Below the pieces are notes generated by a model. It saw only the letters and a program-made list of their open reading frames with translations. It did no database searches and was not told where the DNA came from. Of a stretch of 64,000 nucleotides of DNA, positions 38,512-48,726 are shown piece by piece. How positions within the stretch are numbered: position 1 is the first letter of the stretch; the number at the start of each line of letters is the position of its first letter. The translations under genes were made by a program, and so were the position numbers. The DNA is taken from positions 33,573 through 97,572 of the forward strand of contig JAZSHQ010000057.1 in the NCBI GenBank assembly GCA_045533335.1. The letters run 5' to 3'. The DNA is from Eubacteriales bacterium (GTDB lineage: Bacteria > Bacillota > Clostridia > Oscillospirales > CAG-382).

Positions 38512-38958
38512 TCAAACCGCCTCGTTCAGTTTTTCGGCATAGCCGCTTGCCAAAGCGTCGCAACGCTCGTTATAGGCGTGGCCGTCGTGGCCGCGCACCC
38601 ATATAAATTCGACCTCGTATTTCGAAAGCAGAGAATCGAGTGTTTTCCAAAGGTCGTCGTTAAGCACGGGCGATTTGTCCGCCTTGCGCCAGCCCTTGCT
38701 TTTCCAATTTTCGAGCCAGCCCTTGTTTATTGCGTTTACAAGATACTGCGAGTCGCTGTAAAGCAAGACCTTGCAGGGCTTATTGAGCGCCTTTAAGCCC
38801 TCTATCGCGGCGGTAAGCTCCATACGGTTGTTCGTTGTGCTCTTTTCGCCGCCGCAAAGCTCTTTTTCGCGTCCGTCGCATTCAAGTATAGCCGCCCAAC
38901 CGCCCGCGCCGGGGTTGCCCTTGCAGGCGCCGTCTGTATAAATATTTACGGTTTTCAA
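38512..38958 (-). CDS. rnhA: ribonuclease HI
   Basis: [16 protein letters not shown] and TNNRMEL motifs. Confidence 0.93.
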   Translation of the reverse strand: MKTVNIYTDGACKGNPGAGGWAAILECDGREKELCGGEKSTTNNRMELTAAIEGLKALNKPCKVLLYSDSQYLVNAINKGWLENWKSKGWRKADKSPVLNDDLWKTLDSLLSKYEVEFIWVRGHDGHAYNERCDALASGYAEKLNEAV

Positions 38959-39884
38959 TTATTTGCACCCTTTATTTTTTGCATTCTTATATCCTTGCCC
39001 GCGAATTTCAGTACGCGGAATTCGCCGAGCATACGCGAATAAAGCCGTTCGCCGTAGGTCTTTTTAATGCCGTTGTGGTCGAGGTTTGAGGAGATAATCG
39101 TTTTCTTGCCGTTCACGATACGAAGGTCGATAAGGCTGGTCAACGCCGAAACGCTGTATTGCGTGATGTATTCCGCGCCGAGGTCGTCGATTATCAAAAG
39201 ACTGCAGGTTTCGTATTTCTTTCTTTCGGAAATATCCGCGCGGTTAAAGCGCACCGCGTCGAGCGTGTCGGCTATCTGCTGTGCCGATTCATAAATCACG
39301 CTGAAGCCCTTTTTCGATACCGCGTTTGCGATAGCGGCGGTAATATGGGTCTTTCCGAGCCCCGTTCCGCCGTAAAAATAAAGACCTGCGGATTTGTCGT
39401 TGGGGAAATTCTCGGCATATTTTTTACAGCCCGAAATGATGCTTTCCATTTGATTGCGTTCTGCGCCTTCGGCATAAAAATCAAGCGAAAAGCTTTCGAA
39501 GGTCTTGTCGATAAGTCCGTGAGCGAGCGAGCTTTCTTGGTAATTTCCGCTTGCAAGCATAGCTTTTATGCATTTGCAAAGCTTTAAGCCGCAATAACCG
39601 CCGTCGTTGCATTCAAGACATTCGAATTTGGGCATATCGTAATCGGGCTCGTAGCCGCAGGCGGTAAGCAATCTGGCGCGTTCGGCGTTCAATTTTTCGG
39701 TTTCGGCGCGCAAAGCATCGATGCTTTCGCCGACAAGCGAGCGCATAGGAATATCGCGGAGAATTTCATCGATTTCCTTAACGCGCGTTATTCTCGCGTG
39801 GAGCTCTTCTCTGCGTTCGTCCGCCTGCTTCATCGCGGCTATTCTTTTTTCGGTTTTTATTCTCAATGCGTCGTTAAGCTTCAT
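38955..39884 (-). CDS. DnaC/DnaI-like helicase loader ATPase
   Basis: Cys-rich N-terminal segment, Walker [10 protein letters not shown] and Walker B LLIIDDLG. Confidence 0.8.
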   Translation of the reverse strand: MKLNDALRIKTEKRIAAMKQADERREELHARITRVKEIDEILRDIPMRSLVGESIDALRAETEKLNAERARLLTACGYEPDYDMPKFECLECNDGGYCGLKLCKCIKAMLASGNYQESSLAHGLIDKTFESFSLDFYAEGAERNQMESIISGCKKYAENFPNDKSAGLYFYGGTGLGKTHITAAIANAVSKKGFSVIYESAQQIADTLDAVRFNRADISERKKYETCSLLIIDDLGAEYITQYSVSALTSLIDLRIVNGKKTIISSNLDHNGIKKTYGERLYSRMLGEFRVLKFAGKDIRMQKIKGANN

Positions 39885-39895
39885 TTTACGTCCTT

Positions 39896-40786
39896 TCAGT
39901 CGTCGAAGCCGCGGTTTAATGCCGCTTCGATAAATTCGTCACCCTCGAAGCTGCTTAACGTTCCCGATTTGCTTCCCGTATCGTTGTTCTTTACGTCTTC
40001 GGGGGTAGAATATCCGTTTTCGTGCCAGCGGCGAAGAATGCCGTTCATATAGGTCATCGAAAGTTTGCCCGTGGAATCGACCGTTTTTTCGTATGCGAGT
40101 TCGACCATATCGAAGGAAAATCCCCAATCGCCGAACCAGCAGTCGCAGAATTTCTGCTCCTTCGAGGTAAGCGCTCTTTCGCCCATACCGCAAAGCTTTC
40201 TCAGTTTGCCGATATTGCTGTTTATAAGTTCGCGTTTCGCAAGATATTTTTCGAATTTATCGTAGCTGTCGATGCCGTCCTCATAAAGCGCGATAGCCTT
40301 TTTATATATGTATTGCGTGCTTTTTTTGCCCATCGAACAGCAAAGCTCTATAATTCCGCATATCACCTCGCCGGGTATTCCGCAAAAATCGTAAAGATAA
40401 TAAAGCGCGCTGTAATCGTTTTTGGTCAACTGCTTTTGCATATTCTGCTCGGCAACACGGCATACGAGCATAAAGCCTTCGTTGCCGGAGATAGCCTTGG
40501 CAAGGGTTTCGCTGTCGTAATTGCGGTAACTGCTCGTGTCGCTTGCCGCCTTTTTCTTTTTGCCCGCACTTTCCTGAAAAATGCCCGCACCGCGCCAAAA
40601 GGCGATAGCGGCTTCGACCTGCGCGACGGTAATGCCGATATCGCGCGCCGCATCGGGAACGCTTATTTCGGGGTCGGCAAAAAAGCAAAGAAGTGTTTTA
40701 AGCTCCTCGGCAGATGCGTTTTTTATATGCGGTAAAATTTCCTTGGGTAAAAGAATAAGGCTTTCGGCAGGTGTGGATATTGCCAT
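39896..40786 (-). CDS. DnaD-domain replication initiation protein
   Basis: DnaD/DnaB_2 C-terminal domain features (SMTYMNGILRRW). Paired with the loader ATPase. Confidence 0.75.
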   Translation of the reverse strand: MAISTPAESLILLPKEILPHIKNASAEELKTLLCFFADPEISVPDAARDIGITVAQVEAAIAFWRGAGIFQESAGKKKKAASDTSSYRNYDSETLAKAISGNEGFMLVCRVAEQNMQKQLTKNDYSALYYLYDFCGIPGEVICGIIELCCSMGKKSTQYIYKKAIALYEDGIDSYDKFEKYLAKRELINSNIGKLRKLCGMGERALTSKEQKFCDCWFGDWGFSFDMVELAYEKTVDSTGKLSMTYMNGILRRWHENGYSTPEDVKNNDTGSKSGTLSSFEGDEFIEAALNRGFDD

Positions 40787-40796
40787 TTTATACCTC

Positions 40797-41243
40797 TTAC
40801 GATTTTATAATACTTGCATCGGGCGAAACCGAAAGTACCAGCCTGCTTTTTTCTGCAAGATTGCCGTGTATTTCCACCGAATAGCGAATATCTATCCTGC
40901 CGCCTTCGGGGGTAAGCGTGTTTTTAAGCTGTTTTGTGCGCACGTTTATCTGAAAAGGGGTAAAACCCGTGTTGCAGATACAGGTAAGCACTTTGCCGTC
41001 CATAAATACCATATGCGTGTTTATCGGGCCGACGCGGTTTATGTTCACCGTGCTGTCGCCGTAAGTGTCTACGGTGGTGAAAATCTCGCCCGCCGTTTCG
41101 TTGAATTCGATACGGTAACCGCGTTTGGTTTTCTTCATTGCGCCGCTTACAAAGTAATTTTCGGTTTCTTCTATTTCGTTCGGTTTTTTCGGGTCAAGCC
41201 CCATCCGCTCGCGGCGGATGCGTATATCTACGGGGATCTTCAT
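40797..41243 (-). CDS. DUF1934 (YwiB-like) beta-barrel protein
   Basis: 148 aa with a composition and pattern typical of DUF1934. Confidence 0.65.
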   Translation of the reverse strand: MKIPVDIRIRRERMGLDPKKPNEIEETENYFVSGAMKKTKRGYRIEFNETAGEIFTTVDTYGDSTVNINRVGPINTHMVFMDGKVLTCICNTGFTPFQINVRTKQLKNTLTPEGGRIDIRYSVEIHGNLAEKSRLVLSVSPDASIIKS

Positions 41244-41253
41244 TGTATTTCCT

Positions 41254-42075
41254 TTAAAATTTTTCTATATCGATATGCTCGGCGGTTATTAAAGCGTCGC
41301 TTTGCATAAACGCGCCCGCATTTTGCGAGAAAAGCGCTTCGCCGCCGCTTGTAAAGAACGAAATTTTGCCGCCGTTTTCGTTCGCCATACCGTTTTCGGT
41401 TATAAGCCTTTTGAGCTCGTGCGCCGCCGCCGCTCCCGAGCTTATAAGCGCAGAATTCGGCAGATGCTTTTTAATAACGCCCGAAAGAAGAGGGTAGTGG
41501 GTACAGCCGAGAATCACCGCCGCAGGACTTTTTTCGGCAATATCCGAAAGATATTCCGAAACTATTGCATTTGTCGCGGGGTCGTTTTCGTTCGCGTGCC
41601 AGCTTTCGACCAAAGGAACGAACATCGGGCAGGCGCGGCTGATTATTTCGGTTATGCCGAATTTTTTAAGCGCAATTTCGTAGGCTTTGCTGTTTACCGT
41701 TGCGCTTGTGCCGAGCACGGCAACAATACCGTTACCGCCCTTCGCCGTTTCCGCCGCTTTTTTCGCCGCCGCTTCGATAACGCCTACAACCGGAACACCC
41801 GCCTCGTCGGCAACGTCGGTTAAGCAGTTCGAGCTTACCGTGCCGCAGGCGACGAGTATCGCTTTTACCCTGCGCGAGAGGAGAAAACGTGTGTCCTGAA
41901 GCGCGAATTTTTTAATTACCTCGGGCGATTTCGTGCCGTAGGGAATACGCGCGTTGTCGCCGAAATATATAACGTCTTCCTTGGGCATAAGGCCTTTAAG
42001 CTCGCTTAAAGCGGTAAGACCGCCCAAGCCCGAATCGAAAACGCCGATCGGTAGAGAATTCATATCAGAGTTCAT
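41254..42075 (-). CDS. murI: glutamate racemase
   Basis: GVFDSGLGGLT and the catalytic LGCTHYPLL motif. The start at 42075 overlaps the ddl stop (ATGA). Confidence 0.92.
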   Translation of the reverse strand: MNSDMNSLPIGVFDSGLGGLTALSELKGLMPKEDVIYFGDNARIPYGTKSPEVIKKFALQDTRFLLSRRVKAILVACGTVSSNCLTDVADEAGVPVVGVIEAAAKKAAETAKGGNGIVAVLGTSATVNSKAYEIALKKFGITEIISRACPMFVPLVESWHANENDPATNAIVSEYLSDIAEKSPAAVILGCTHYPLLSGVIKKHLPNSALISSGAAAAHELKRLITENGMANENGGKISFFTSGGEALFSQNAGAFMQSDALITAEHIDIEKF

Positions 42076-43133
42076 TCTTCGCACCCCTCGGCAAGAAGCA
42101 AAAGCTTTGTAATAAGCTCGGAATAGCTTATTCCTATGCAAGCCATCATCTTGGGGTACATACTTATGGGGGTAAAGCCGGGAATGGTGTTTATTTCGTT
42201 AAGGAACGCGCCGTTTTCGGTAAGGAAGAAGTCCACGCGTGAAAGACCGCTGCAGCCGAGCGCGGTATAGACCCTTACGGCAAGAACGCGTATGCTTTCG
42301 GCGGTTGCTTCGTCCAGCGGGGCGGGAGCAAGACATTCGGATTTATCGTTAACGTATTTGGTTTCGTAATCGTAAAAATCGGAATTGGGGCGTATTTCGC
42401 CGCAGACAGAAGCAAAGGGCTTATCGTTGCCGCATACGGCTACTTCTATTTCGCGGCCTACGGTGTTCGGCTCGATAAGAAGCTTTTTGTCGTGCTCAAA
42501 GGCAAGCGAAATACCGCTTAAAAGCTCGTTTCTGTCCTTTGCCTTGGTAATGCCGACCGAGCTGCCCGCGTTTGCGGGCTTTACGAACACGGGATATCCG
42601 TATTTTGCTTCACTTTCGGTAACTAGTGCGTTTATATCGCAGGTGCGGTAAGCCGAAATAAAGGGAACAACGGGAATACCCGCCGCAGTGCAAATCGTTT
42701 TGGTTGCCGCTTTGTCCATAGAAACCGCCGAGGCGTAGGTGTTACAGCCGACGTAGGGAATACCCGCAAGCTCCAAAAGACCCTGCATAGTGCCGTCTTC
42801 GCCGTTTTTGCCGTGAAGCACGGGGAAGGCGATATCGATACGGATTATTTCAAAGCTGCCGTTCGCGCCGTCGAGCGCAAGCAGGCCGTGGTGCGCCTTG
42901 CAGGGCGAAATTACCGCGGGGATAAGAAGCGCGCGCTTTTCCTGCCAGACGTGGTTACGCATATCGTCGGTGCTTCCCTTGAATATCCACCACTTGCCGT
43001 CCTTTGTAATGCCGACGAGCAGGGCATCGAAAAGCTCTTTGTTAAGATTTTCGGCAACGTTCGCCGCCGAAACACAGCTTACCTCGTATTCCGAGGATTC
43101 GCCGCCGAAGATTATTGCAACGGTTTTTTTCAT
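42072..43133 (-). CDS. ddl: D-alanine--D-alanine ligase
   Basis: ATP-grasp with GGESSEYEVS, LHGKNGEDGT and EINTIPGFT motifs. Confidence 0.95.
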   Translation of the reverse strand: MKKTVAIIFGGESSEYEVSCVSAANVAENLNKELFDALLVGITKDGKWWIFKGSTDDMRNHVWQEKRALLIPAVISPCKAHHGLLALDGANGSFEIIRIDIAFPVLHGKNGEDGTMQGLLELAGIPYVGCNTYASAVSMDKAATKTICTAAGIPVVPFISAYRTCDINALVTESEAKYGYPVFVKPANAGSSVGITKAKDRNELLSGISLAFEHDKKLLIEPNTVGREIEVAVCGNDKPFASVCGEIRPNSDFYDYETKYVNDKSECLAPAPLDEATAESIRVLAVRVYTALGCSGLSRVDFFLTENGAFLNEINTIPGFTPISMYPKMMACIGISYSELITKLLLLAEGCEE

Positions 43134-43154
43134 AAAAAACGCCTCTTTTCGTTA

Positions 43155-44090
43155 TTATAGGACAAGTGAGTTGTAAAGCGTCCACATAAGGGGGATCGTA
43201 AAAATACAAAGCAGGCTTGTCGAAAGAACTATGTCCGCCGCGGTGCGTCCGTCGCCGCCGTGGGTTTCGGCAAGTCCCTGTATCATCGTAGCGGCGGGAC
43301 AGCAGGCGAGAATGAACGCCGAAGTCCTTACAGTTTCACCGACGGGGATGATCGAGAATATAAGCCCGATAACTATCGGGGAAATAATAAGCTTCGCGAA
43401 CGCTGCGATATAAATGCGGTGGTTCGAAAAGATTCCGAGTATGCTTTTCGTCGCAAGACGCATACCGAGCACCGTCATACATACAACAGTCGACATTCTG
43501 CCCAGCGTTTCGATATATTCCGCGGGAAGGGCGGGGAATTTAAAGTCGAAGACGAACAAAGAAAACGCTATTGCAAAGGTTATTACCGACGGGTTAATAA
43601 ACACGGCTTTTAATTTTATGTATTTTTTGTCGCCCGTCATCATTAAAAGCCCTACCGTCCAGCCGAGCACGTTCATCGCGATCGAAAACGCGGCGGAATA
43701 GACCCTTACTTCCGGTACTTCGGGAATAAGGTATTCAAGCAACGGTATGCCGAAAAATCCGACGTTGCCGCAGGCACCTGCCACGGCACATACGCGGTGC
43801 GCGAAGTCCTTTTTGATTTTTTTGTTGAAGATCGAGTAATAAAGGAATATTATCGCGATCTGACCGACAAGCGTCACCGCGAAGAATATCCAAAGCTCCT
43901 TAATAAGCTGCGGCGTGCTTTGTACCGAACTTAAAGTATAAAGCGAAAGTGCAGGCTGGCATACGTAAATCAAAAACTTTGCGAACGCCTTAATAGAATC
44001 CTCGCCAAGCGACTTTAGCTTAACAAGAATATAGCCGGGCACGCCGTAGGCTATCATCATAAGGACCTTTAATGCGGTAATTCCAAACAT
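43155..44090 (-). CDS. AEC (auxin efflux carrier) family transporter
   Basis: 311 aa with about 10 TM helices and an AEC-like pattern. Confidence 0.75.
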   Translation of the reverse strand: MFGITALKVLMMIAYGVPGYILVKLKSLGEDSIKAFAKFLIYVCQPALSLYTLSSVQSTPQLIKELWIFFAVTLVGQIAIIFLYYSIFNKKIKKDFAHRVCAVAGACGNVGFFGIPLLEYLIPEVPEVRVYSAAFSIAMNVLGWTVGLLMMTGDKKYIKLKAVFINPSVITFAIAFSLFVFDFKFPALPAEYIETLGRMSTVVCMTVLGMRLATKSILGIFSNHRIYIAAFAKLIISPIVIGLIFSIIPVGETVRTSAFILACCPAATMIQGLAETHGGDGRTAADIVLSTSLLCIFTIPLMWTLYNSLVL

Positions 44091-44103
44091 TTTTTAAAAG
44101 TCC

Positions 44104-44685
44104 TTATTTGGGTTTTACTATTTCGTCGACAACGCCGTAAGCAAGTGCATCCTCGGCGAACATCCAGTTGTCGCGTTCGGTGTCGCGTGCGATTTCCTCA
44201 ACAGGCTTGCCGATATTTTCGGAAAGAATGCGGTTTATTCTGTCCTTGGTGCGGCGCGCAAAGTTTGCGGCGATAACCACGTCGGATGCCTGACCGCCCG
44301 CCGTGCCGATTACCTGATGAAGCATCACTTCGCTGTTTTCAAGCGCGTAACGCTTGCCCTTTGTGCCGGCGGCGAGAAGGAACGCACCCATACTGCAAGC
44401 CGAGCCGACGCAAACGGTAGAAACGTCGCACTTAATGCTCTTCATCGTGTCGTATATCGCAAATCCCGCCGAAACGCTTCCGCCGGGGGAGTTGATGTAA
44501 ATGGTTATGTCCTTTTCGGGGTCCTGCGCTTCCAAGAACAAAAGCTGACCTACGATACTGCAGGCAAGGTCGTCGTTTATTTCGTTAAAAAGGAGAATTA
44601 TTCTGTCTTTAAGCAGACGCGAAAAAAGGTCGTAACCCTGCTGACGTCCGCCTTCGTTATCGATAAAAGTGGGGTTGGCTATCAT
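44104..44685 (-). CDS. clpP: ATP-dependent Clp protease proteolytic subunit
   Basis: YDLFSRLLKDRIILL and the catalytic GSACSMGAFLL motif. The start at 44685 lies 6 nt after GGAGG. Confidence 0.95.
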   Translation of the reverse strand: MIANPTFIDNEGGRQQGYDLFSRLLKDRIILLFNEINDDLACSIVGQLLFLEAQDPEKDITIYINSPGGSVSAGFAIYDTMKSIKCDVSTVCVGSACSMGAFLLAAGTKGKRYALENSEVMLHQVIGTAGGQASDVVIAANFARRTKDRINRILSENIGKPVEEIARDTERDNWMFAEDALAYGVVDEIVKPK

Positions 44686-44797
44686 ATCTTGCCTCCGAAA
44701 TTGCATATTCGATTAATTTTATCACAAATCAAGCCGCTTTTCAATAGCAATTTATGCCGTGTATTGTAAAAGAATTACGCAATATGTAGACTTAGGT

Positions 44798-44826
44798 TTG
44801 ACATATTGCAGATTATTGTTTATAAT
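44798..44826 (+). promoter_or_regulatory. consensus promoter TTGACA-17-TATAAT
   Basis: 44798-44803 and 44821-44826, upstream of the U32 gene. Confidence 0.6.
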
Positions 44827-44853
44827 AACGGTAATAGGGAGGTGACACCGAAT

Positions 44854-46617
44854 ATGCAGAAAACACCCAAGCTGCTTGCCCCTGCGGGCAGTATGGCGGC
44901 GTTAAAGGCGGCGATAGACGCGGGCGCGGACGAGGTATATTTGGGCGGAAGTGCGTTCAATGCGCGTATAAACGCTTCGAACTTCGATAACGACGCGCTT
45001 GTAAAAGCGGGCAGGCTTTGCAAAAACGCAAACGTCGGTATGCATATAACCCTCAATACCCTAATTTATGATAAAGAATTCAAAAGCGTGCTTGAATACG
45101 TCGATTTTCTTGCAAACGAGGTGCGCCCCGATGCGCTTATTGTTCAGGACCTCGGCTTGGTAAGTGCGATAAGGCAAAAATTCCCAAACCTTGCGCTCCA
45201 CGCGAGCACGCAGATGAGAATACATTCCTATCTCGACGCCGAATATCTTAAAAAGCTCGGCTTTACCCGCGCCGTGCTTGCGCGCGAGCTTCCCAAGGAG
45301 GATATAAAGGCGTTTGCCGAAACCGGCTTGGAAACCGAAATTTTCGTTCACGGCGCGATATGCATAAGCGAAAGCGGCGGCTGCTTGATGAGCTCGGTAA
45401 TAGGCAACCGAAGCGGCAACCGCGGCGAATGCGCCCAACCCTGCCGCCTGCCCTATAAGGGCGAAAACCGCTATCCGCTTTCGGTAAAGGATATGTGCCT
45501 TGCTTCGCATATTACCGAAATTGCCGATTGCGGCGTAAAAAGCCTAAAAATCGAGGGCAGGATGAAAGCGCCCGATTACGTCGGCGCGGTGGTTTCGGTC
45601 TACCGTAAGCTGCTCGACGAAAGGCGCAACGCCACGGGCGAGGAGCTTAAATACCTTGCAAATGTCTTTTCGCGCTCGGGCTTTACCGACGGTTATTTTA
45701 CCTCGCGCATAAACCGCGATATGTTCGGTATTCGCCGCGAGGAGGATAAGCAAAAAAGCGAAAAAATTAATTACCGCGCGCAAAAGGCGGAAAAACGCCC
45801 CGAGCGCGAGCTTGTTGCCGTACCCGAATGCATTTTGCCGATAAGGGACGAGGAAAAAACGCTTCACCCTGCGCGCCAAAAGGGCTTTGTGCTTCGCTTC
45901 GAGGGGAGGCTGCCGAGCGTCGAATTGCTGGCAAAATATGCCGAACACGCGGCAAGAATCGATATTCCGCTTAACCTTTGCACCGATAAACGCTTTGCGC
46001 CCTATTCCGAAAAAGTTTCGGCAATAATCCCGCGCTCGGTGTTTTTGAAAGAGCTCGAAACGGTAAAAAAACAAATTTCCGAAGCAAAAGCGGCGGGCAT
46101 AAAAAACGCCACTATTTCATCGCTTAACCATTTAACGCTTTGCGAAGGGATGTATCTCCACGGCGATTACGCCTTTAACGCCTTTAACCGCGAAACGCTT
46201 TTAATGCTCGAAAATTATTCGCTTTCCTCGGTTATGCTTTCTCCCGAAACCGACGGAAAATTCGCTCGCGGAAGCAAATGCGCGCTTGAATATATAGGTT
46301 ACGGCAGAATTCCGCTTATGTACACGCGTACCTGCGTTATCGCAAATATAAACGGCTGTAAAAACAAGGAAAAATGCTATTCAAGCCTTGTCGACCGCAC
46401 GGGCGCGGCATTCCCCGTAATAAGCGGACACAGCCATACGAATATAATCTATAACTCGCTTCCGACCTATCGTCTGGATAAAAAAAGCGAGCTTAAAAAA
46501 TCAGGCGTCGGTCTGCTTACACTGCTTTTCACAACCGAAACCGAAAAGCAGATTTGCGAAATTATCGACCTTGCCCTTAGCGGCGAGAAGCCGAAATTTG
46601 AATATACGAGAAGATAA
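44854..46617 (+). CDS. U32 family peptidase-like protein
   Basis: PELLAPAG-type start (PKLLAPAGS) and E..CISESGGC-type motifs. ATG follows GGGAGGTG. Confidence 0.85.
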   Translation: MQKTPKLLAPAGSMAALKAAIDAGADEVYLGGSAFNARINASNFDNDALVKAGRLCKNANVGMHITLNTLIYDKEFKSVLEYVDFLANEVRPDALIVQDLGLVSAIRQKFPNLALHASTQMRIHSYLDAEYLKKLGFTRAVLARELPKEDIKAFAETGLETEIFVHGAICISESGGCLMSSVIGNRSGNRGECAQPCRLPYKGENRYPLSVKDMCLASHITEIADCGVKSLKIEGRMKAPDYVGAVVSVYRKLLDERRNATGEELKYLANVFSRSGFTDGYFTSRINRDMFGIRREEDKQKSEKINYRAQKAEKRPERELVAVPECILPIRDEEKTLHPARQKGFVLRFEGRLPSVELLAKYAEHAARIDIPLNLCTDKRFAPYSEKVSAIIPRSVFLKELETVKKQISEAKAAGIKNATISSLNHLTLCEGMYLHGDYAFNAFNRETLLMLENYSLSSVMLSPETDGKFARGSKCALEYIGYGRIPLMYTRTCVIANINGCKNKEKCYSSLVDRTGAAFPVISGHSHTNIIYNSLPTYRLDKKSELKKSGVGLLTLLFTTETEKQICEIIDLALSGEKPKFEYTRR

Positions 46618-46618
46618 G

Positions 46619-46646
46619 AAAACGGGCACGGCGGTGTCCGTTTTTT
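46619..46646 (+). terminator. intrinsic terminator
   Basis: AACGGGCAC-ggcg-GTGTCCGTTTTTT. Confidence 0.75.
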
Positions 46647-46650
46647 GTTT

Positions 46651-46678
46651 TTGCAAAATATTACATAAAATTTTGCAA
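46651..46678. promoter_or_regulatory. 9-bp inverted repeat (TTGCAAAAT-10-ATTTTGCAA), candidate operator overlapping a -35
   Basis: Perfect palindrome arms at 46651-46659 and 46670-46678. A TTGCAA-17-TATATG promoter lies at 46673-46701. Confidence 0.45.
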
Positions 46679-46693
46679 ATTCCGTTCAATGGC

Positions 46694-46733
46694 ATTATAT
46701 GTTCGCTACTGTCTTGTTTATTATATGTTCGCT
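46694..46733 (+). repeat. 14-nt direct repeat ATTATATGTTCGCT x2
   Basis: 46694-46707 and 46720-46733, upstream of the XRE gene. Confidence 0.8.
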
Positions 46734-46786
46734 TTCGGTTATACTGTTATCGTTAGGATATCGGCAAGAAACGGAGGGAACGCGCG

Positions 46787-47125
46787 ATGCAGGACGAACT
46801 GACGGTAGAGCAAGCTATCGGTAGAAGAATCCAAAAACTTCGCAAGGCAAAAGGTTATACACAGCAAGAGTTTGCCGAAATGGTCGGGCTGTCCAAAAAT
46901 TATCTTTCCGATATCGAAAGAGGTAAAAGCTCAGCAAGGCTCGATAAACTTGTTTCGATAATAAATCTGCTCGGCGGATCTGCGGACGACGTGTTCGCAG
47001 ATGTGATAATCGGAGAAACAAAGATAAAAAGCTCGCGCCTTTCCGAAAGCATCGAAAGACTTTCGCCCGAGGATCGCAAAAAGGCTTTTGCGATTTTAGA
47101 AGCGTTTATTGATGCGTGCCTGTGA
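46787..47125 (+). CDS. XRE-family helix-turn-helix transcriptional regulator
   Basis: HTH_3 pattern IGRRIQKLRKAKGYTQQEFAEMVGLSKNYLSDIERG. Confidence 0.88.
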   Translation: MQDELTVEQAIGRRIQKLRKAKGYTQQEFAEMVGLSKNYLSDIERGKSSARLDKLVSIINLLGGSADDVFADVIIGETKIKSSRLSESIERLSPEDRKKAFAILEAFIDACL

Positions 47126-47135
47126 AAAATGATAC

Positions 47136-47170
47136 AAAACGAAGCTTTGATTCGAGAGCTTCGTTTTTAT
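47136..47170 (+). terminator. intrinsic terminator
   Basis: ACGAAGCT-loop-AGCTTCGTTTTT. Confidence 0.7.
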
Positions 47171-47267
47171 TTTTAAAAATATTTCAAAAAGCTCTTTATT
47201 TTATTCTAATATCGTGATAAAATAACGTCGATAGCATTACAAGTTCGACGCAAGGATAAAGACGCTT

Positions 47268-47741
47268 ATGAAAGAATTAATTTACTCCAGAAGCTACAAG
47301 AATGTTAATAACGAAGAAATCCAAGAGGGCGAATTCATTTTCGACCCCGAATCGAGTATTCCCGAAGTCGGTTATTACCGATTTGTTCCTATGCCCGAAA
47401 GAATGCCATTGAAAGAGGTTTTTATAAAAAACGCGGTTGAGTTTGCGGAAGCCTTTGAGATCGACATAAAGATATACGAAGGACTCGGAGAGATCCAAGT
47501 TCAGCTTTCGTTTGATTACGGTATTTTTATGGGCGGCTTTAACAATTTGCTGTATTTGGCAGACGATATTTCGTTCTTTAATTGTAACGACGGTTTTGAT
47601 ATTACGATGGTGGTGACCTATTATACTCACAAAACTATTTCAAGCAAGGGTAGTATTATTACGCCTTATTTCAAAAGCACACCGAAAAAACAAAGCAAGC
47701 CAAGCACAGCGGACGGCGCAGGCAAAGACGACAAAAAATAG
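47268..47741 (+). CDS. hypothetical protein (no recognisable domain; Lys/Ser-rich tail)
   Basis: 157-aa ORF in an AT-richer stretch with its own flanking terminators. Confidence 0.5.
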   Translation: MKELIYSRSYKNVNNEEIQEGEFIFDPESSIPEVGYYRFVPMPERMPLKEVFIKNAVEFAEAFEIDIKIYEGLGEIQVQLSFDYGIFMGGFNNLLYLADDISFFNCNDGFDITMVVTYYTHKTISSKGSIITPYFKSTPKKQSKPSTADGAGKDDKK

Positions 47742-47746
47742 AAAAA

Positions 47747-47785
47747 AGAGCTGTCGCAAACGAAAGCGCGACAGCTCTGCATTTT
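47747..47785. terminator. bidirectional terminator
   Basis: AGAGCTGTCGC-loop-GCGACAGCTCT with flanking A and T runs. Confidence 0.7.
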
Positions 47786-47787
47786 TA

Positions 47788-48723
47788 TTATTCTGTTTTC
47801 GGAAGCGCAAGTTTTATCGCTTTGGGGAGGATTTTTATTATCGGGTTTTTCATAGGGAATATTTCGCCGTCGAGGTTTAAATTAATAAGCTCGTCCGAAA
47901 TAAACTGCATCGTTTTGCATTGGGTATAGGAGGTAATATCCTTGTATTCGTCGATATGTCTGCCCTCGCGGAATTTGCCGACAAGCGAAAGCAAGCGGGT
48001 TTTCGAAACGGTTTTAATGCGTATAAAATCAAGCATACCGTCGCTTATATCCGAATAGGGCGATGCCTTGAATCCGCCGCCGTAATATTTGCCGTTCGCG
48101 GCGATAGCGAAAAGGTAAGGTCCCTCGCTTTTGCCGTATTTTTCGCCGTCCACCTTAAGCGCAAAATAGTTTTTCGTGTCGGTAAACACGCATTTTACCA
48201 GCGAAAGGTTATATGCCATACTGCCGCTTACCAGCGGGAGCTTTTTGAACTTTTCCTGCCCGAAGGCAACGGCGGCATCGAAGCCTGCCGAGATAATGTT
48301 AAGGCTTACACGCTCGTTGTTTTCGACATCCTTTGCCAAAAGCAAATCAATTTCGACAATGTCGCCGCAAAGAAGCCCCTTTATGTTGCGGAAATGCTCG
48401 GGCGGAATATCCAAGCTTTTAACAAAATCGTTGCCCGAGCCGACGGGAACTATCGCAATCGCGCAGTTTTTACTGCCCGATTTATAAATACCGTTTGCCA
48501 CCTCGGAAAGAGTGCCGTCGCCGCCGCAGGCGTAAACGCGCACAAAATCCTCGCTGTGCTCGCGCAGGTAACGCTCGGTTTCGTTTTCGGCGGCGCGGAC
48601 GCCGTCGGTTACGTAAATATCGTAGGGCTCTGTTATTTTCAGCTTTTCGATAACCGCGCGTATGCGTTCGGTGCGGTTTTTTGTGCCCGCCGCGGGATTC
48701 AGTATAAATAAATGTCTGTTCAT
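47788..48723 (-). CDS. diacylglycerol/lipid kinase (YegS/DagK family)
   Basis: NPAAG, GGDGT and GSGNDF motifs. Confidence 0.88.
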   Translation of the reverse strand: MNRHLFILNPAAGTKNRTERIRAVIEKLKITEPYDIYVTDGVRAAENETERYLREHSEDFVRVYACGGDGTLSEVANGIYKSGSKNCAIAIVPVGSGNDFVKSLDIPPEHFRNIKGLLCGDIVEIDLLLAKDVENNERVSLNIISAGFDAAVAFGQEKFKKLPLVSGSMAYNLSLVKCVFTDTKNYFALKVDGEKYGKSEGPYLFAIAANGKYYGGGFKASPYSDISDGMLDFIRIKTVSKTRLLSLVGKFREGRHIDEYKDITSYTQCKTMQFISDELINLNLDGEIFPMKNPIIKILPKAIKLALPKTE

Positions 48724-48726
48724 CGG

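Noticed and set aside
38955-40786. DnaD-domain plus IstB/DnaC-like ATPase pair as a possible phage or IS remnant.
   Set aside because: There is no transposase, integrase or phage gene nearby. The pair is embedded between rnhA and DUF1934-murI-ddl in a compact co-directional housekeeping block, consistent with the chromosomal helicase-loading pair.
44707-44806. CtsR operator upstream of clpP.
   Set aside because: Only one reasonable GTCAAA half-site is present (complement of 44797-44802). The second heptad is poor, so the evidence is insufficient.
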